A stretch of DNA of 63,708 nucleotides, counting the filler, from Licmophora abbreviata (lineage: Eukaryota): NCBI GenBank assembly GCA_900291995.1. It is 13 parts of 13 records of this genome, joined end to end, with 100 filler letters (N's around TTAATTAATTAA, not from the genome) between each part and the next. Parts side by side here need not be neighbours in the genome. Positions count along the whole stretch, not along the records: positions 30,684 to 42,554 come from OLMU01001504.1; positions 42,655 to 43,843 come from OLMU01001505.1; positions 43,944 to 48,245 come from OLMU01001506.1; 10 more parts are not named here. One strand, written 5' to 3'. Made by a program: the position numbers and the translations under genes. Of this stretch, positions 34,799 to 46,713 are shown one piece after another. Each line of letters starts with the position of its first letter. Position 1 is the first letter of the stretch. Under the pieces are notes generated by a model. It had not been told where the DNA came from. It worked only from the letters and a program-made list of their open reading frames with translations, and searched no databases.

Positions 34799-37210
34799 AT
34801 GAAGTTTCCAGGGATTCTTTTCACCATGATTGTGAGTGTTTTCAAGGTTTGTAGGCACGCAGGCATCTTCTTGTCTCTCCTGGGAACGACAGCGTCGTTG
34901 GTTGGAGCCGAGCAGGCCTCGGGCGTGTCTATCGACACCTCGACTACGTTCATCCCGTATGGACCGAACCATCCTCTGGAAAAAGCCAAACAACGCTCTC
35001 GACGGAACTTACAATTTATAGAATCTAGTGACGATTATCGTAACATTCGCATCGTCATGGTAGATGATCTGGATGGACAGATCGAAAAAAACCGGACGAC
35101 TTCTGAGGCGGTTGAGATCTTTCGAACTCGAGTCATCAAAGGCACCTCCGAGTTCTGGGGAAACGCACTCAAGGTTTATCCTGTACCAGCGAATGTAAGC
35201 ATCTACAACTCCAACTGCGGCGTGCTCCCGCTTTCTGAGCCAGTTTTCAACGCAGATCTCGTTGTCGATGTGAGGCTGTCCTCGATACCAGCGTGCAATA
35301 GAGGCGTCTCTGCGTATTCGACGCTCCCTTGTGAAAAGGATCAATACTTTCGACCTCTCACTGGTACGTTCTTATGTGCACCCCCGTTCGACTCGAAAAT
35401 GAAACGCGTAGACTGTTAATTCTCATGTATCATCATTCTCGCTTCCACGAAACAACAGGGGTCGTCGGTGTATGCGATAGCATGCTCAAGCTTCTAGACG
35501 AGCGAGACATCGACGGCGTCACTCGCATCATGATCCACGAGCTCGGGCATTTGCTGGGCGTGGCATTCTCCCACTTGCCCTACTTTTTTGACTTCGAAAC
35601 GGGACTTCGACGCACTCCGGATCCTGAGTTTCAACTTGTACCGTGTCTCAACGCGAATAGAAGCGACTATGCCTCCATGCCCGGAAATACAACGGCACGA
35701 CGTTTCGAGGACGAAGATGGGAGTGTTTCGAGCCGGCGATACGAGATCGTTACACCGACAGTCCGAGCTGTGGCCCGGAATCAGTTCAACTGTCAGTCGC
35801 TTAATGGCGCTCGCTGGGAAAACCAAGATAATGGCTGTCTCGGGGCTCACTGGGATAATGTAAGTCAGCAGCTCTCACATGCATCAACGTTTTGGAGCCA
35901 AAGACGCTCCGGCTTCAAACCAATCGCTCACTGGACCTGTTGCACATACTCCTTCATCGAAGCGTGTCTTTCATACCGAGCTCATGGCCGCTTCGAGTAA
36001 TGTTCTGCTGCGCAACATTTCTCCACTGACACTGGCGCTTCTCGAGGACTCAGGCTGGTATCTGGCAAACTATTCAATGTCTACCATGTCTCCCTTTGGG
36101 CATGCTGCCGGGTGCAGCTTCGTCGACGAACCGTGTCTTGTCGACGGCGTTTCCGTCGCTGACTACGCACAAGGCTTCTTCTGTGACATGTCATCCTTCG
36201 CTGGATGTATTTCCAGCCACACAGAATGGAGGTTCTGTGACCTACTTCATCACGAGTCTGTCCCCGACGAGTTTCAGTACTTTGATTCCAACGAGACGTT
36301 GGGCGGACTCTTTGCCGTGCTCGACTATTGTCCAAGCTATACGCGCAGTCGTCTCAAAGTGAAGGATTGGTCGTCCACCAATATCGGTACGAGTACAGAC
36401 AAGGACGCGGAAGCCTTTTCCTTGATTCGTTCGAAATCATGTCTCGATCCAAAACACAACAGTCAGGATGGGAACATCGCTCAAACATCTATCTTCGAAG
36501 TCCATGGACCGGATAGTCGTTGCTTCAACAGCAACGTACAAGTGCCTGGCGCGACGATCGAAGTCTGCGATTGGTTTGGCCGCGAATGTGAGCAGCTCTC
36601 CAACGTGCAGTTCCAGTTGCCCTTGTGCCTTCAGAGTCGTTGCAGCGAAGAGAAGCATGCCGTGGAAGTCTACTTTGGAGAAGTGGTTCATACCTGCGCG
36701 TACGATGGAGAGCGCGTCGAGCTTCCAGATGTTCCTGGTAGTTTCATCGAGTGCCCCAGGCTGGCTCAGATCTGTCCCACGTATGTACTGAATATCATTG
36801 ACGTACCCGTACTGCATTGTTGGTCACCGAAGCTATCTTACACTGGTTTCCATTCTTCCTTTCCATTCTCTTTCCTCTCTCCTCATTATACGATGAATTG
36901 ATTCCCCAGTCTCATTTGCCCTTACAACTGCGCTGGTCGCGGAGTTTGCGACTACTCATTGACGAGTCCCAAATGCATCTGCAACGACCCCGACGATTCG
37001 AGTCCAGGTTGTTTCCATTCTCCTCGATTCTCTTTATTGGAAGAAAACATTCCAAGCCAGTCGCCCACTACTACAGCGGTGGCCGGGGTTGTGGACTCCG
37101 TACCAACTGCGAGTGACGCATCCTCCATTGCGTCCGGCGGCGAGTGGTGGTGGTGTTTGTTTGTTGGGGTCGCGGTGACGATGGTTCTTCCTTCGATGGC
37201 AGCAGTCTGA
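34799..37210 (+). CDS. Leishmanolysin/GP63-like metalloprotease (M8) with EGF-like domain and C-terminal TM/GPI signal; about 4 exons
   Basis: DQYFRP..G, IHELGHLLG, TPTVRAVARNQFNC.SL.GA..EN, HWDN|RVFHTELM, SPLTLALLEDSGWY.ANY, CP.NC.GRGVC. Confidence 0.92.
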
Positions 37211-37657
37211 ATGTGACCGAGATTGTCGAGGAAGACATGAGTGACACCTACGAGGAGGTTTCGGTGTCGATTAAGTAGTAGAACAAAGTGAGAGAGACGT
37301 ACACTGTCATATTCAATATCGTCATCATCATGGTTCTTGGTTCATGATTCCCCTTGAAAACCGCGGCGCTGGGTGTCGTGTGTGTCGTGTCTGAGCGACA
37401 CAAAATTGAAAATTGTAGATATCGGCGAAAAGAATTTTAAATGTCCTTGGGCCTTTTCGATAGTTTCTTTGTATAATTTTAGTCGGGCACTGAATACAAT
37501 CATTACAAACATTGCGGTCGAACTTTTTCGAGTTGAAAATCAAGGCACAATGACCATGTCGACGACGACCACAACGCCGCCGTTTGCGTGGCGTGTAGCA
37601 ACAAGATAAAGACATCCATCACTATTCGTCCACTATTTCACCCCACAGTACCCCACG

Positions 37658-39862
37658 ATGAGACTCCCCTCTTCCAATGTGATCTTGCTTCTCGCCATTT
37701 TGCTGGTGGGCGTGTTGCTGTGTCTCTTGAATCTCTCACACATTCGCCACGACGCCACCAGTAATGCCAACAGCGCCACTCGCTTGATGGAGTCTTCGTC
37801 TTCGGCTTGGTTACTCTTATCTGCTGCTACTACTGAAAGCCAAAATCAACCCTCGTCATCGTCCTTGAGTCTCGAGGCCAGCGTACAAGCGGAGAAGCTG
37901 GAGCAGGCTCAATTGAAGATTGATCGACTCTTGCAAGAGCTCGACGATACGAAACGAAAACTCCAAGACGAAACAACACCTGCCGATTGCAGCCCCAAGA
38001 AGGAGTCTGGTGAATCATCTCCAAATCAACATCATCGCACTCTTTCCTCGTACCCTCCCGTGTGTCAATCATGGATGCAGGACTTTATCGTGCCTCCTTC
38101 GACGGAGAGTACTAGTACGCAATCATCATCGCCGCTCCTACTTCCTTCCGCACTGTCCATTTGGAATGCCTATTTACCAAACATTCTGCAGCACTCTCGA
38201 CACGTGAACGATCGAACCTATCTTTTGCACGACTTTACAGCTCATTTGTTACAACTCATGAGCGATCGACTTGTCAACAGTGTCAAAACAGTACCACGGC
38301 TCGCGTCACAATGGGACCGCGTGGGGGACATTCTCGAAGTGATCCAGGCGCGCAGGGACTATCTTCAACACGTCGAAACCAGTAATGACAACACCACTGT
38401 GACAGCTCCCCGCAAGCTGCGCATCGTCATCATGGGTGGATCGCTGTTGGTGGGGGTCAATTGTAGAAAGGTTGTGAGTCTCTTGAAACTTCAGGGTCTG
38501 CTCATGCCGAATCGACTTTGTACGTGGAGCAGTCGGTTGGAAGTCTTTCTCAACAATATACTGGGAAGTGATGTGGTACAGATAGACAAAGTGGCTGTGG
38601 GTGGTACCAATTCGGGAACGGGAAGAACTATATTGGAATATGAACTCATGCCCCACTCGCATCCTGATATACTCATCAATGCCTACTCCACCAACGATAT
38701 GCACATTACGACGGTACAAGAAGCGGAAAAGTCAAATCTGACTTTGGAGGACAAAGTATTTGAACTTACACAAGGATTCATTCGAGCTGCCTTGAATCCG
38801 TCCAGCAGTGGGGGCTGTCGTCCGCGGACGCCGCTGTTGCTGCATATGGACGATTATCTCGGCAACGAGCAACGAGAGATTTGGACCACGACGGGCTTGT
38901 CGAGGAGCGCGCAAGTGTTGACCAACTATTACGGCTTTGCGAGTATGAGTTATGCCGATGTAGCACGAGATTTGGTCTACGGACATACCCGAGAACAATG
39001 GCTAAGTCCGAATGGATGGTACAACGACAAAGATGAGTTCGAGCGAGAAATTCATCCCAGCATGGCAATGCATATTACCGCCATGTGGGTGACGGCCTAC
39101 AATCTCTTGAATATGGCCACGACTTATTGCAGTATGCACCATGCAGTGATGAGAAACCCAGAAAAGGCAATCGAATATAGAAGTGGTGTCGGCGGTATGC
39201 CCAAGATCTCGGGCAAAAAGGTGCCGGATGCAAAGCCAGAGTATCCGCCGAGGGGGTTGCCACCGATGCTGACAAGAGACCTGAGTTTGGAGTTTGTGTC
39301 GAATCTGTGGCGAAATAGCTCAACGATGGACGAATCGGTCCATGATTGTAGCGAGGATGAAATGGAATCTCAAGCGACGAAACGGTGTCCTTTTGCATGG
39401 GTTGCGGATCTGAGCCAACAGCAAAAGAACGAGACGTGGATTAAGGAACTATTCGATGAGCGTACGGTCGAAAATACTGGATGGGAGCTCAAGAATGACT
39501 TTAGCAAACTGGGCTATGTGCCGAAAGAAGGCGTCGTCCCAACGCTCGTCTTGGAATTTACTTCCGTCACGCGACCGATTCGAGTCGTGACGGTGTTTTA
39601 CATGAAGAGCTATGGTGATGACTGGGCCAGTAGTCGCATGCAGCTGGGTCTCTCGCGACGAGCGAACAAGCAAGATGAGTGGAAGGATATTCACCAGGAG
39701 GAGTTGTTGGCGTCTCACGAGAAAACCACTAGTGAAACATATACCCTCGAACATACACTGAAAGACGGTGGGGTTGCTGCCGGCTCAGATTTGCGAATAT
39801 CGATGGCGATGAAGGCGGGGAGCAAAAAGTTCAAGCTACAGGGCTTGGCAGTTTGCAGCTAG
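37658..39862 (+). CDS. Diatom-type SGNH/GDSL-hydrolase-like type II membrane protein
   Basis: 734-aa intronless ORF with N-terminal TM and coiled coil, then RIVIMGGS..G (block I), AVGGTNS, DILINAYSTND (block III), IHP..H (block V-like). Confidence 0.75.
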   Translation: MRLPSSNVILLLAILLVGVLLCLLNLSHIRHDATSNANSATRLMESSSSAWLLLSAATTESQNQPSSSSLSLEASVQAEKLEQAQLKIDRLLQELDDTKRKLQDETTPADCSPKKESGESSPNQHHRTLSSYPPVCQSWMQDFIVPPSTESTSTQSSSPLLLPSALSIWNAYLPNILQHSRHVNDRTYLLHDFTAHLLQLMSDRLVNSVKTVPRLASQWDRVGDILEVIQARRDYLQHVETSNDNTTVTAPRKLRIVIMGGSLLVGVNCRKVVSLLKLQGLLMPNRLCTWSSRLEVFLNNILGSDVVQIDKVAVGGTNSGTGRTILEYELMPHSHPDILINAYSTNDMHITTVQEAEKSNLTLEDKVFELTQGFIRAALNPSSSGGCRPRTPLLLHMDDYLGNEQREIWTTTGLSRSAQVLTNYYGFASMSYADVARDLVYGHTREQWLSPNGWYNDKDEFEREIHPSMAMHITAMWVTAYNLLNMATTYCSMHHAVMRNPEKAIEYRSGVGGMPKISGKKVPDAKPEYPPRGLPPMLTRDLSLEFVSNLWRNSSTMDESVHDCSEDEMESQATKRCPFAWVADLSQQQKNETWIKELFDERTVENTGWELKNDFSKLGYVPKEGVVPTLVLEFTSVTRPIRVVTVFYMKSYGDDWASSRMQLGLSRRANKQDEWKDIHQEELLASHEKTTSETYTLEHTLKDGGVAAGSDLRISMAMKAGSKKFKLQGLAVCS

Positions 39863-39915
39863 AATAGAACCTTTTAGAATGGCCTGTCATCTTATGTCAC
39901 TTCCTATTTAAATTC

Positions 39916-42452
39916 TTACATAGAGTCGGCTAGGTTCTTTAGAGCCGCCTTGACCAGCTTCCCATCTGTGCTACCAGACTCTGTGTCGCCTCCTCCGCCT
40001 TGTTCGAACGAGGCTCGGGTCAACGCCATCATGACCAATTCGTTTTGAACCATAAATCTCCGAGACGTGGGGTCTCGACTGATCAGCTCAAGAGCTCCAA
40101 CCGAGCTCATTCGTAGGTCTGCATCCTTCAGATCATCCAAGAGCGCCAAGTTGGCAAGCGCTTCGAGGAGACCATTGTGTCTAGCCATGGCGACACGGTT
40201 CTCCGCCATTGTCGCCTGAGTCTTGAACGCTTCGGCAATACAGTTGGTTTTTGTCCACTGTGATGCCGCTGTCAACGCACTCAACAACATGGGATGGCTT
40301 GACATGGGATGATGTACATCCGCGGACAGCCATTCAAGAGCTCGAGCGCAAAAGACCCTTACATCGGCGCTGAAGTCGGTCAAAACGGCTCGAGCCAATG
40401 TCTCCAAGAGGGAATCGTGATTTGCCATACGTTCAGCAATCGCCTGTGTGTTGTTACGTGCCATGTTGAAAATCGCCTCGGATGCATTCATCCGCGTCTC
40501 GTCCACCGGATCGTTTGTCACAACGCGACGCAACACTTCGAGAATTTCCCCATCGCAATGCGTTGTCATCCTCTCCGTGTTGGCAACGACACACGCCAAG
40601 GTAAACATGGTCGCCGAAGCGTATCGTCGTGTGTACTGAGATTTGTCTTCAAGCAAAAACACAAGGGTATCCAGCATGCCCTTATGCTTCACCATTGGAA
40701 TCTGTGGGAAGTGAGAGCCGGGTGTGCTGTATCGATGAGTGTCGAATAGTGCAAAGCAGTGGTACCTTCAAGCTTACAGTTTAACGCACCTTGTTCTCGT
40801 CAGCGTAAGCCAAGTTCATCAACACGATGGAACAGTGCTCTCTGACCTCCTGGGATGGATCGCGCAACGCCATGGTCAGAACAGCATCCAACAAGCCATT
40901 CTGCTGAACCATCTTCACTTTGTTCTCTTCGGCGCAGGCAAGATTGACCAAGACTGCCGCCGCATCATTTCGACTGTCCGTTGGTTCGGCATGTCTGAAC
41001 TTTCCATAAGGCTGTACATCGAGCTGATAAATCAACGAATCGAGTACAAGTGGATAGTGAGCCAGTGGAACCATGGCCGATAAAACACGCGATATATACC
41101 GAAGAATCTGGAGCGCACGGGCAACTGCTACCGGATGCGACGGCGGCTCCACTCTTAGCATGTCATCGGCCAGATTTGGAAGTGATGTGGACGCAGCATC
41201 ACGCTCTCGCAGTCGCTCCCTCAGTCCACGCGTGATGGACGTGCTATCTGTGACACTACTCTGAGTTGTTGCCGTCTCTTGTCGCGAGGAAAGTGGTTGA
41301 CTGCCACTCGGGTGGCTACCGCTCTCACGACGACTCGGTCGGCTGCCGGTTTCGTGACTGGCTTCATGGCTGACTTCCTCTACCGTCTCCAGGGGATAGG
41401 CGTTGGTTTTAACCTGATGCAGCCCCTCATAGTCTTGTGTGTATTCAGACTCGTAATCACTGGTGACAGTTTCGACTTCTCCATACATGGCTGATTCATA
41501 GTCGCCTTCACTAGTGTTGCTAAATGAGGGCGAGCTGTCAGCGACGCCTCTTTCCAAGGTCGGATTGCTTTCGTAGGTCAAAGCCTCGGACTGGTAGGAG
41601 CTTTCGTCATACGTGGCCTCATTGTAGGTGCCATTGTCAAAGGTTCGCTCCTCGTCATACGTTCCCTCGTCGTACGTTCCCGCATCGTAAGTGCCCTCAT
41701 CGTAAGTGGCACCATCCGCATAGCTCTGGCTACCAGAAGCGGCATCATCGTATAAATCTTTACCATCCTTGTACTCCTCCTCTCCCACACTAAGTTCCGC
41801 TGTAGCCGTAGTTTCGCCATGACTGTGACGGGAATCCGCACGCAGCGCTTCTTCCTGAATGTACTGCTGTCTCACCAAATGAGCCGGTTTACCCAATATA
41901 TCCGTCAACAATGGAAGCAAACAGTCTCTTACTTCGGCAAAAGACAGCGCAATACGCGCCTTGGAAGCTCGGTAGATGAGCTCTAGTGCCGTGCAGACCA
42001 TTGCCGTCTCTTGCGTGTCTCTTCCGATGCGTAGCGACAAGGCCAGCTTCTGCAGCAAGATCTTGTCGGCGTGCAGATCGAGTTCTTCGTCGTGCAGCAT
42101 CTCCTCATCGTGAGCAAACTCGCGAATTGCAGCCTCAAGAGCAATATGACGATGTTGCTCCGGGGCAATGGCAGAGTTCAAGTCTAGAGACAGCGAGAGG
42201 GAGAAGCGGGAGAGAGAGCATCGAATTGAAAATGTGAGGCTAGTTTCAGAAAGGGCTTTCGGTGACACTGAGTGCGCGTGCGTGCCAGTACTTGGTCTAC
42301 GTAAAAGGCCCAAAGGGTATTTCTTGCTTACCATAAAGCAAAAGCTTCAAAAGGTCAGCCCGTCTCTCGCTGGAAAGGACCGATCCTGACGCCTGGTAAC
42401 TGAGCCCACCGTTGAAGGGTGGGTTATTGCTGGGCATGGGGGGTAAAGCCAT
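39916..42452 (-). CDS. Armadillo-repeat protein (paralog A), 3 exons, with an acidic Tyr-repeat insert
   Basis: Repeated A..L.NLA..EN motifs (AAAVLVNLACAEENK, SIVLMNLAYADENK, ASEAIFNMA). First exon MALPPMP..LLLY is spliced via GTAAGC. Confidence 0.85.
41590..41726 (-). repeat. Coding 15-bp tandem repeat encoding (T/S)YDEG-like pentapeptides, about 9 degenerate units
   Basis: Translation SYADGATYDEGTYDAGTYDEGTYDEERTFDNGTYNEATYDESSYQS. Confidence 0.85.
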
Positions 42453-42870
42453 GGAGATGACAAACAAGCAAGCTAGGGAGCGACGAAGTTGTTTGGATCA
42501 AGTGACTGTCGAACTGTGGCACTGCGTCATTTCGACATTTCGAGAATGACCAATNNNNNNNNNNNNNNNNNNNNNNNNNNNNNNNNNNNNNNNNNNNNTT
42601 AATTAATTAANNNNNNNNNNNNNNNNNNNNNNNNNNNNNNNNNNNNNNNNNNNNGGGAGCTATGGATAGCGAAAGCTAGCTACCCAGTAGTGGTTCTAAA
42701 ATAACACTCTTTCTCTCTAGGCCAGAGTATGCTAGAGAGTAAATGAGCTGGGGACTACTGAAACTATATCAGTGACGAATCCGTTCCGCGTCAACAATGA
42801 AATTTGTGCCTTCCTTCTGGAGACAAGTTACCAGGTACTGAATTCTATCGTAATCTGCGGAACATGCAAC

Positions 42871-44497
42871 TTACTCTCTACAATCTAATCTGCTCTTTTC
42901 TTCCTGGTGTTCAATCCACTGCAACATGCGTTGTTGCAGTGGCCCGCCCATCATGAGCTCCAATATAGGATCCAAATGGGAAGCTTCTGGCAAAATGTCG
43001 ACCCGAACAGCGTTGTCGTTGTTGCTATTCATGCTCTCTCGTTGTGTTTCTCGAATTCGAAGGAGAGCTTTCGCCAAGTTGGTGCTGGACGTGTAGGGCA
43101 CGACGTCATCGTTCGTTCCATGCAACAGCCAAACCGGTGGCAATACCGACGACACGTCCACGGCATCGCGTCGACTGCTACTTTTAGTAGTACTCAACTT
43201 GCACAGGAGTTGCGTTGGCGAGCAGTTGGCGCAACGCTCCGTACCCCCTCCACACACGGGCTGCATGGGAGAAATCTGGTCAATCCCTCGTCCACGTTCC
43301 CATTCCTCGTGCGATGCAATGTCGTACACATCCGAGAGCAAAATCATTGATTGAATCGGCGATTCTACCAATGTTCGACCACCTCTCTGCAATATTGCAA
43401 GCAAACTCACGTGTGCTCCTGAACTGTGTGCAACAATCGTAATGGGAGTGTCGGGATGGCGATCTGACAATGCTTGTATCGCACTCGCCAAGTCCTCCAT
43501 TTGCTCGTCTATGCGTCCATCTGGATACGTCCGATATCCCCAAAAAGCGCACGTAGTAGTAGGAGAAGTAGTCGACGTGTTGAGAAATGTGTTTGCCACC
43601 AGTCTATACATCCAGGGACGACCCGAGCCCCAGGCACCGCCGTGTGCAAAGAGAATGAGTCGGTGTGGTGATTGTCTACCGGAAGCATGGTTGGTGAGAA
43701 TGTCGAGCGTCTGCAGCTGATGAGGGCCATACTGAATGCTTTCAAAGGTCGTCGTGGAAGGAGCCTCCTTTGTCTCCATGTTACTAAGGACCCTTGTACT
43801 TTCCTTTCCATCCTTTGCCTCGGAACTCACAACACCACTACTANNNNNNNNNNNNNNNNNNNNNNNNNNNNNNNNNNNNNNNNNNNNTTAATTAATTAAN
43901 NNNNNNNNNNNNNNNNNNNNNNNNNNNNNNNNNNNNNNNNNNNCGCTTCCTACTGATGCCTCTCGCCAAAAAAAGCAGTACGGCCGACAATCGTGTCACC
44001 CTGTCACCACCACCACCACCAAGCGTATTGGACAGTCTCATAAACTCAAGTAGAGCCTGTGGATACTCGTCGAGAAGCTGTGGCAAACTCAAGATGACCG
44101 CTCCGTCCATGAGTACTCTCAACAAGCCCGAATCGCGCAAAAAGTGCTGCAAGGGCAGTGGCCACGTACGCTGGATCCAACGAGTGAAGTCGTCCTTCGG
44201 GTTCGTGGTACTGTCGGGCGGGGGTGGGAGTGAGTCAACAGAAGAGAGTAACTCATTCAAAGTGAATAGAGTCGTGGAGTCGGAACATGCTTCTGCGGAA
44301 GACGAGTCCGTCGCCCGAGAAAAGTGCGGTGTGTCGGGGCGACAAAATCTCCCGTCATTCGCCGGCCTGGTTCCTCTTGTTCGCAGAGGAACGTAGCAAG
44401 GAAACCCCGCTGTCAAAGACACGTCTGTAGACCCGATCAGGCACACTAGAAACGACGACAAACAAGAAAAAGAACAACGGTGGCCAAGCGTCGTCAT
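42871..44497 (-). CDS. Alpha/beta hydrolase (isoprenylcysteine methylesterase/HSL-like esterase), apparently split by the gap at 43844-43943
   Basis: YGPH..Q.LD, FAHGGAWGSG, YRTYP, AHSSGAH nucleophile, LLHGTNDDVVP, SH. The upstream contig carries a same-strand N-terminal ORF with a signal-like start; joining the two is inference. Confidence 0.8.
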
Positions 44498-44656
44498 GGT
44501 CCGACTTCGGATGTTGCAACCGAGTTTGCCGTCCCTCTTGTTTCGAACTTGTTCCGGGTGTCTTTCGATCCAAAACATCAAAAGGCCCAAAGGTCATTGA
44601 GAGAAGTTCGAGAATGACCCGTCCGTCACAAAGTCACGACGCCATAACTTCTTCAG

Positions 44657-44770
44657 CGTTGTTGCCTTGTTGCCTTGCTGCCTTGTTGCCTTGTTGATGA
44701 TCGAAGTACTTGTCTCTGTCGTCCTTCACTCTCCTCCACATTCAATCTCACTCAATCTCACTCACTCACT
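44657..44770. repeat. Short tandem repeats upstream of ARM paralog B: (TTGTTGCCT)x~4 and CAATCTCACT/CACT repeats
   Basis: gttgttgccttgttgccttgctgccttgttgccttgttg and caatctcactcaatctcactcactcact are seen directly. Confidence 0.8.
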
Positions 44771-44782
44771 GATTGACCTATC

Positions 44783-46534
44783 ATGGACTTGTGGAAGAAG
44801 ACCCTAAAGGGCAAGATGCGAAGCATCAGCAGCATGAGCACGGGTTCCACCGGTTCCAAAAACTACCACCGCTCCGCGTCCTTGGCTGGCGATGCCGAAA
44901 GTACCAGCGGCGGCTCGCAGGCGACAGAAACCTCCGTTGTCTCCCCCCTCCGTCAATTGCTCGATGCCGTCAATATGAGCATTCTGCCTCATGATTTGAG
45001 ACTCAGCAGTGTCATGCAAGCGGCGCAGTTTCTAGATCATAAGGAGCGAGAAACGCACGATCATGAGCTCAAGGAGGGGGCGGCCTTTATTCTCTTTCAG
45101 AAACTGGCCTTTGCAGTGTCTCTTGAACAGCAGCAGCAACAACAACATCAAATGATGCCAGCGGTATCGACCTTGACACACTCGTATACACATGAAATCA
45201 TGCTGCTGTGCTCGTGTTTGGAAATGGTTCATCGGGCTTCTCCGGACGCCATTGCGGCCACTTGGTATGATGTTGGAGAAGATATACTGGCACTGTTGGT
45301 GGATGTCTTGGAACGACCGTTCGTCGTCACTCCGAGTAGTACTTACGGTAGTGGTGGCATGATGAGCACTCGACCGACGTCCTCGACCACAACCATTCAT
45401 CGCGACACAAAGATTAGCGTCCAGAAAGTCACCAAGCTCCTCGCCATGTACTCGTTAGTACCCGAAGCCAAGTATCCTATTGTGGAGTGTCCTGGGATGC
45501 TGTCCGTCTTGGTCAAGATCCTCGACACGCGTCACTTGCACCGCGCTCGTACGACCACATCAACGCGCAAGATCATCATGACGGAGGCGGCCCGATTTCA
45601 TGCGCTTGCGACACTGACCAATCTGGCAGCGGCCGAAGAGAATCGCAAGGATATGTTGCTGACGCCGGGGTTGGTGGATACGATTGCAAGAGTGGTAAGT
45701 AACGAGTCGTCGGCGGTGGCGCGGCAGTGTAGTGCGTTGGCATTGATGAATTTGTCCAATGGGGACAAGCATCATGTACCGGAAATGGCAAGTGATTTAC
45801 TGTTACAAGTATTGGTGGAGTTGTTGGAAGATGAGCATGCCGAGACTCGTCGTAATGCAGCAGTGGCGCTGTACAATGTGGCATGCGCTGACGAGAACTC
45901 TGTACGAGTCGTCAAGTACAAGGAGGGTGTGTTGCTTGAAGCGTTGCTGGAGATTCTCTTTCACGAAGAGTCGTGTGCCAACGCTGCCGAAACGCTCTTC
46001 AACATGAGTTGCAGCGACAATCACGAAACGACCAATCACATGGCACATCATCCAGGCTTGTTGAACACTCTGTCTGACGTCGTCCAACCATCCACCAATG
46101 TCCCGATGGATGTCAAAATGTACTGTGCCGCGACATTGCGACGCATGGCCGAGCTGATTCATGCTCCCATGATATCGCAGGGTGCCTTGCTGAGTGCACT
46201 CGTCAAGGCATCCTCGTGGACCAGGACGGCTGACATTGCGGAAGCACTCGAGGCGCATGCGGATGTTGTGGAAAATCGCAAGCCCATGTCGGAACACGTC
46301 GGTATTCTCAATGCACTTGCACAAATGTGTGGTAGCGACAATGTCAAGATTAGCATGCCCGCAATTGGAACACTGGAACGATTGTCTAGAGAAGGTGAGG
46401 CTCGACAGCAGCTATCTTCTCACGAAGGTGTCATGATGGCCTTGACGCAAGCAAGTTACGATCAAGGCGAGAATGATGAACAAGGACAACTGGTGCAGTT
46501 GGCATTGAAGAATCTTGTGGAATCGATGGAGTAG
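44783..46534 (+). CDS. Armadillo-repeat protein (paralog B), intronless
   Basis: ALATLTNLAAAEENR, SALALMNLSNG, AAVALYNVACADEN, AAETLFNMSC, plus a polyQ tract. Confidence 0.88.
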   Translation: MDLWKKTLKGKMRSISSMSTGSTGSKNYHRSASLAGDAESTSGGSQATETSVVSPLRQLLDAVNMSILPHDLRLSSVMQAAQFLDHKERETHDHELKEGAAFILFQKLAFAVSLEQQQQQQHQMMPAVSTLTHSYTHEIMLLCSCLEMVHRASPDAIAATWYDVGEDILALLVDVLERPFVVTPSSTYGSGGMMSTRPTSSTTTIHRDTKISVQKVTKLLAMYSLVPEAKYPIVECPGMLSVLVKILDTRHLHRARTTTSTRKIIMTEAARFHALATLTNLAAAEENRKDMLLTPGLVDTIARVVSNESSAVARQCSALALMNLSNGDKHHVPEMASDLLLQVLVELLEDEHAETRRNAAVALYNVACADENSVRVVKYKEGVLLEALLEILFHEESCANAAETLFNMSCSDNHETTNHMAHHPGLLNTLSDVVQPSTNVPMDVKMYCAATLRRMAELIHAPMISQGALLSALVKASSWTRTADIAEALEAHADVVENRKPMSEHVGILNALAQMCGSDNVKISMPAIGTLERLSREGEARQQLSSHEGVMMALTQASYDQGENDEQGQLVQLALKNLVESME

Positions 46535-46713
46535 ATTGATGGTTGATACACGCGCGTAACTGGCCTCTAATTCTACACTGGTATGGAGAGCGCGGGCAAG
46601 AAGAGCGGATACAGGCAATCATTCGATTTTCGGACACAATTTGCACTATATAGTTGAAAAACTAGTTAGAACAGAGATAAGAGAATATCTCATGCAGCTT
46701 TCCCCGTTTCAAC

